From Octopus bimaculoides (taxonomy: Eukaryota), in contig NC_068982.1 in the NCBI RefSeq assembly GCF_001194135.2, positions 61,636,119 through 61,700,118 of the forward strand: 64,000 nt of DNA. Direction: 5' to 3'. This document shows positions 59,990 through 64,000 of the stretch, piece after piece. A model generated the notes under the pieces. That model was given only the letters and a program-made list of their open reading frames with translations, was not told the origin of the DNA and searched no databases. Position 1 is the stretch's first letter; each line of letters opens with the position of its first letter. The position numbers and the translations under genes are program-made.

Positions 59990-60325
59990 TCTAACTGGGA
60001 TAACTGTGTACCTTTCTTGCAGCAAGGTGCCTCTTTCTATCCTTTTATCATACTTTAACTTTTCATTTGCCATAAAGTCACTTCCCCCAATAATATTCCC
60101 CACCTCATTTCAGGGGTTTTGTTTTGTGAGTTACTTGGTGACCTCACTAGCATTGGTACCACGTAAAAAAATATCCAATACACTGTGTGAAGTGGTTGGC
60201 ATTAGGAGGGGCATCCAACCTCAGAAACCATGCTAAACCAGACATTGGAGCTTGGTGCATTGGTCCAGCTCCTGCTGGCCACTCAATTCATACCAGCATG
60301 GAAAATTGATGTTAAGTGATGATAT
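59990..60325 (+). mobile_element. LINE-like family F 3' end, degraded
   Basis: TTTTGTGAGTTACTTGGTGACCTCACTAG...GTGGTTGGCATTAGGAGGGGCATCC...CCAGCATGGAAAATTGATGTTAAGTGATGAT. Confidence 0.7.
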
Positions 60326-60875
60326 ATATTGACAAGGATTTATTCAAATTATTGTACACATATTTCTATAATGGATTTTAAAATATATTCAAGTAGTAAA
60401 CAGCAATCATTTCTTCAGCAGTTAAAAGTTAAACTGTTAAAAATGAAAACAAATACAGTGTTTGATATAACATGTTGAAGTAGATATATCATAAGGTTGA
60501 TACCAGAAACTAAAACAGAAAGAAGAACAAAAAATAGAAAACGTCAAAATGTTAACATTTATTTAAATTAATTGCTGAAGAAATGGTGGTTATTTTTAAT
60601 CTGAATGTATAATAAATCCATTATTGAAATGTGTACAATAATAATTTGAAGAAATCCTTTTAAATCTTATATTACTCTTTGGATTTTATGATGGGAACTG
60701 ATTAAGTAAGTAAAGAAGTTTTTTCATAATTCACATCTTTTCAATATTGAATTTCTAAGTTACAATTAATGGTTTGTGTCTTAAGACATCTCGATACATT
60801 TTCCCATCAAAATTTAAACTATATTGTCACACACATGTACACATGCACGCACACACACGTGTGTGTGTGTGTGTG

Positions 60876-60919
<44 letters not shown>

Positions 60920-60927
60920 CACACACA

Positions 60928-61332
60928 TATCTTTTACTTGTTTCAGCCAGCAGACTGTGGCCATGCTGGAGTACCACCTTGAAGTATTTTTTGTCGAATG
61001 TATTGAATCCAGTACTTATTTGGTTTTAAAAACCTGATACTTATTCTATCACTCTCTTTTGCTGAACCACAAAGTTATGGGGATGTAAACACATCAGCAC
61101 CAGTAGTCAAATGGTGGTGGGGAACAAACACATACACAAAGACACACACACACACACACACACACATACACAACAGGTTTCTTTCAGATTCTCTCTACCA
61201 AATCCATGCATAAGTCTTTGGTCAGTCTGAGGCTATAGTAGAAGACACTTGCTCAAAGTGTCACGCAGTGGGACTGAACCCGGAACCTTGTGGTTGGGAA
61301 GCAAGCTTGTTAGCAAACAGCAATGCCTGTAC

Positions 61333-61333
<1 letters not shown>
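60928..61333 (-). mobile_element. SINE family C, diverged
   Basis: TCTTTTACTTGTTTCAG...GGGACTGAACCCGGAACC...CAATGCCTGTA. Confidence 0.85.
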
Positions 61334-61377
<44 letters not shown>

Positions 61378-61704
61378 NNNNNNNNNNNNNNNNNNNNNNN
61401 NNNNNNNNNNNNNNNNNNNNNNNNNNNNNNNNNNNNNNNNNNNNNNNNNNNNNNNNNNNNNNNNNNNNNNNNNNNNNNNNNNNNNNNNNNNNNNNNNNNN
61501 NNNNNNNNNNNNNNNNNNNNNNNNNNNNNNNNNNNNNNNNNNNNNNNNNNNNNNNNNNNNNNNNNNNNNNNNNNNNNNNNNNNNNNNNNNNNNNNNNNNN
61601 NNNNNNNNNNNNNNNNNNNNNNNNNNNNNNNNNNNNNNNNNNNNNNNNNNNNNNNNNNNNNNNNNNNNNNNNNNNNNNNNNNATATATATATATATTTAT
61701 TTTA

Positions 61705-62091
61705 CAGGCATGGCTGTGTGGTAAGTAGTTTGCTTACCAACCACATGGTTCCAGGTTCAGTCCCACTGTGTGGCACATTGGGCAGGTGTCTTCTGTTATA
61801 GCCTTGGGCCGACTAAAGCCTTCTGAGCGGATTTGGGTGACGGAAACTGAAATAAGCCTGTCGTACATGTGTGTGTGTGTGTGAGTTTGTTTGTGTGTCT
61901 GTGTTTGTCACTCCATGGTTGCTTGACAATTGATGCTGGTGTGTTTATGTTTTTGTAACCTAGCAGTTCGGCAAAAACGACCGATAGAATAAGTACTAAG
62001 CTTACAAAGAATAAGTCCTGGGGGCGATTTGTTCGACTAAAAGCATGTGCTCCAGCATGGCGACAGTCAAATGACTGAAACAAATAAAAGA
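61705..62091 (+). mobile_element. SINE family C
   Basis: ACAGGCATGGCTGTGTGGTAAG...GACTGAAACAAATAAAAGA. Confidence 0.9.
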
Positions 62092-63251
62092 TATCATCAT
62101 CCTTCATCTTAAATCTGGTTTTGTCCCCATTAATGGGGGTGGCTGGATCTACCTCAATGCCATAGCAACCGCCTTCACACCATCTTGCTATCTTCATTCA
62201 TCAGTGCATATTCATAAATACCAATTTTTGTTCTTGTTTTTACGCTAGGGTTAACCCATATTGAAATTGTCAATGATCAAGATATTCCAGCTATGATCAT
62301 TCCTTCTTAATTCTCTTTCTACAATGAGCAGTCTATTTTTTTTTTTATGAACTTAATTACTCACACATTGAATTATAGGGTAGGTAGCTGAGTATTCTAC
62401 ACACACCTAAAATCCTGAAGATAATCATCAACAAAATCAACATGATACAGTGTGGGATGAAACTGGCCCTTTGAATTACAAGATCAGTCAAACAGCGATG
62501 GTGGAGGGACAAACACAGACATACAACATATACACATTTCTTCATGGTTTGGCTTGACTCAAGTCTATGGTAGAAGACGCTTAACTGAAGTGACATTTAA
62601 TAAAATTGAATCCAGAATCTTGTGATTATGAGCTTTTAAACCCCTTGGCTATGTCTGTGTCCATTTTCCGGGCATAGTGCATCTAAGAACGTATGTATGT
62701 ATTTATGTGAGGGAACTTGGTTGCCCTTTCTCATTGATCAAGAGCAACCAAGTGGAATCTCTTTCCTTTGCTCTTAATAATTACAATACGTACCAGTAAA
62801 ATACTGATGTCAATTCAATTAACTGCAATGTCTGTTATTAAAATTACTCTTGTTTTTATTTGAAAGAAATCAATAATTTTTGTAAAATAATCTTTTCTGT
62901 CATGCTAATTTTGTTTTTGTTTCGCAATATATTTAATTTTCATCTTTCTATTTGTAGGACAATTATTAAATGTCTAACCTTCACTGCATGCTTGTTCTTT
63001 CTGTTTGTTTCTTTATCATTTCTCCTGTTTCCAGTATTTTTTTCTCATTTCCTTCTGCCAGAAGAGAGCAAGTTAATTAGTTATGAGATCATCTTGCAAA
63101 TATATCAACAGCAACATCCCAACCAATGAAGGAGCTTCTATACAGTCATTGGTTTAGGTCAGCTCTGACTGAACAAACCTAAGGCGAAACAATAACAGCC
63201 AACAGCATCTACCAACAATAACATAAGCCAACAGGGGAGTCTTGACTTGTC

Positions 63252-63669
63252 TCTTTTACTCTTTTTTTACTCTTTTACTTGTTTCAGTCATTTGACTGTG
63301 GCCATGCTGGAGCACTGCCTTTAGTCGAGCTAATTGACCCCAGGACTTATTCTTTGTAAGCCTAGTACTTATTCTATCGGTCTCTTTTTGCCGAACCGCT
63401 AAGTTACAGGGACGTAAACACACCAGCATCGGTTGTCAAGCAATGTTGGGGGGACAAACACATACACACAAACACACACACACATATATATATATACATA
63501 TATACGATGGGCTTCTTTCAGTTTCTGTCTACCAAATCCACTCACAAGGCTTTGGTCGGCCCGAGGCTATAGTAGAAGACACTTGCCAAAGGTGCCATGC
63601 AGTGGGACTGAACCCGAAACCATGTGGTTGGTAAGCAAGCTACTTACCACACAGCCACTCCTGCGCCTA
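63252..63669 (-). mobile_element. SINE family C, young copy
   Basis: CTTTTACTCTTTTTTACTCTTTTACTTGTTTCAG...CACACAGCCACTCCTGCGCCTA. Confidence 0.93.
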
Positions 63670-63786
63670 TGTCTGCTTAACTTACTAGAAATACTTGCCT
63701 ATTCTACATCAAATCAAAATCCCATTGTCTTAGAAAAGGGCATTTTGAATAATGTAATCTATAGCTGGAAAATAAAAAGACATGAT

Positions 63787-64000
63787 GGACGCTTTAGATA
63801 CAAATAATTACAGAGGCATCAAGCTGTTAGACCAGGTTATGAAAGTTACGGAGAGGGTCATAGCCCAACTAATTAGGGAGCGAATCAATTTAGATGAGAT
63901 GCAGTTTGGGTTCGTGCCAGGTAAAAGCACCACTGATGCCATATTTCTAGTGAGACAGCTGCAGGAGAAATACCTAGCCAAGGATAAACCTCTGTACCTG
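63787..64000 (+). mobile_element. RTE LINE RT fragment, 5'-truncated, continuing beyond the window
   Basis: DALDTNNYRGIKLLDQVMKVTERVIAQLIRERINLDEMQFGFVPGKSTTDAIFLVRQLQEKYLAKDKPLYL, open over the whole stretch. Confidence 0.95.

Overview
AT-rich, repeat-dense animal genomic DNA from a gapped draft assembly (N runs at 2194-3128, 22240-22577, 35138-35845, 44907-45059, 59757-59828, 61378-61682 and smaller ones). The SINE/LINE repertoire and microsatellite load suggest an octopus; this is inference and was not checked against any database. No intact host protein-coding gene, rRNA, tRNA gene or CRISPR array can be supported. Nearly all recognisable content is transposon-derived. Retroelements: at least five tRNA-derived SINE families, RTE-clade LINEs (one 2.9-kb copy with endonuclease remnant, RT and an internal PHD-like finger, plus many 3' tails ending in (GAT)n), a Dong/R4-type 3' fragment and CR1/Jockey-like RT relics. 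DNA transposons: a FLYWCH-MULE, two hAT transposase relics, three mariners, one DD41D-type Tc1/mariner, and piggyBac-like and Merlin-like MITEs. The most unusual structures are (1) a tandem repeat at 19.7-20.9 kb carrying hammerhead-ribozyme-like cores (Penelope/retrozyme-like, cleavage site non-canonical); (2) two unrelated long fold-back palindromes at 45.1 and 47.2 kb; (3) a mariner split by a 1.2-kb inversion with an 81-bp inverted duplication at both breakpoints; (4) a visible drop in CpG after about 8.3 kb, suggesting entry into a methylated gene body whose exons can only be guessed at.
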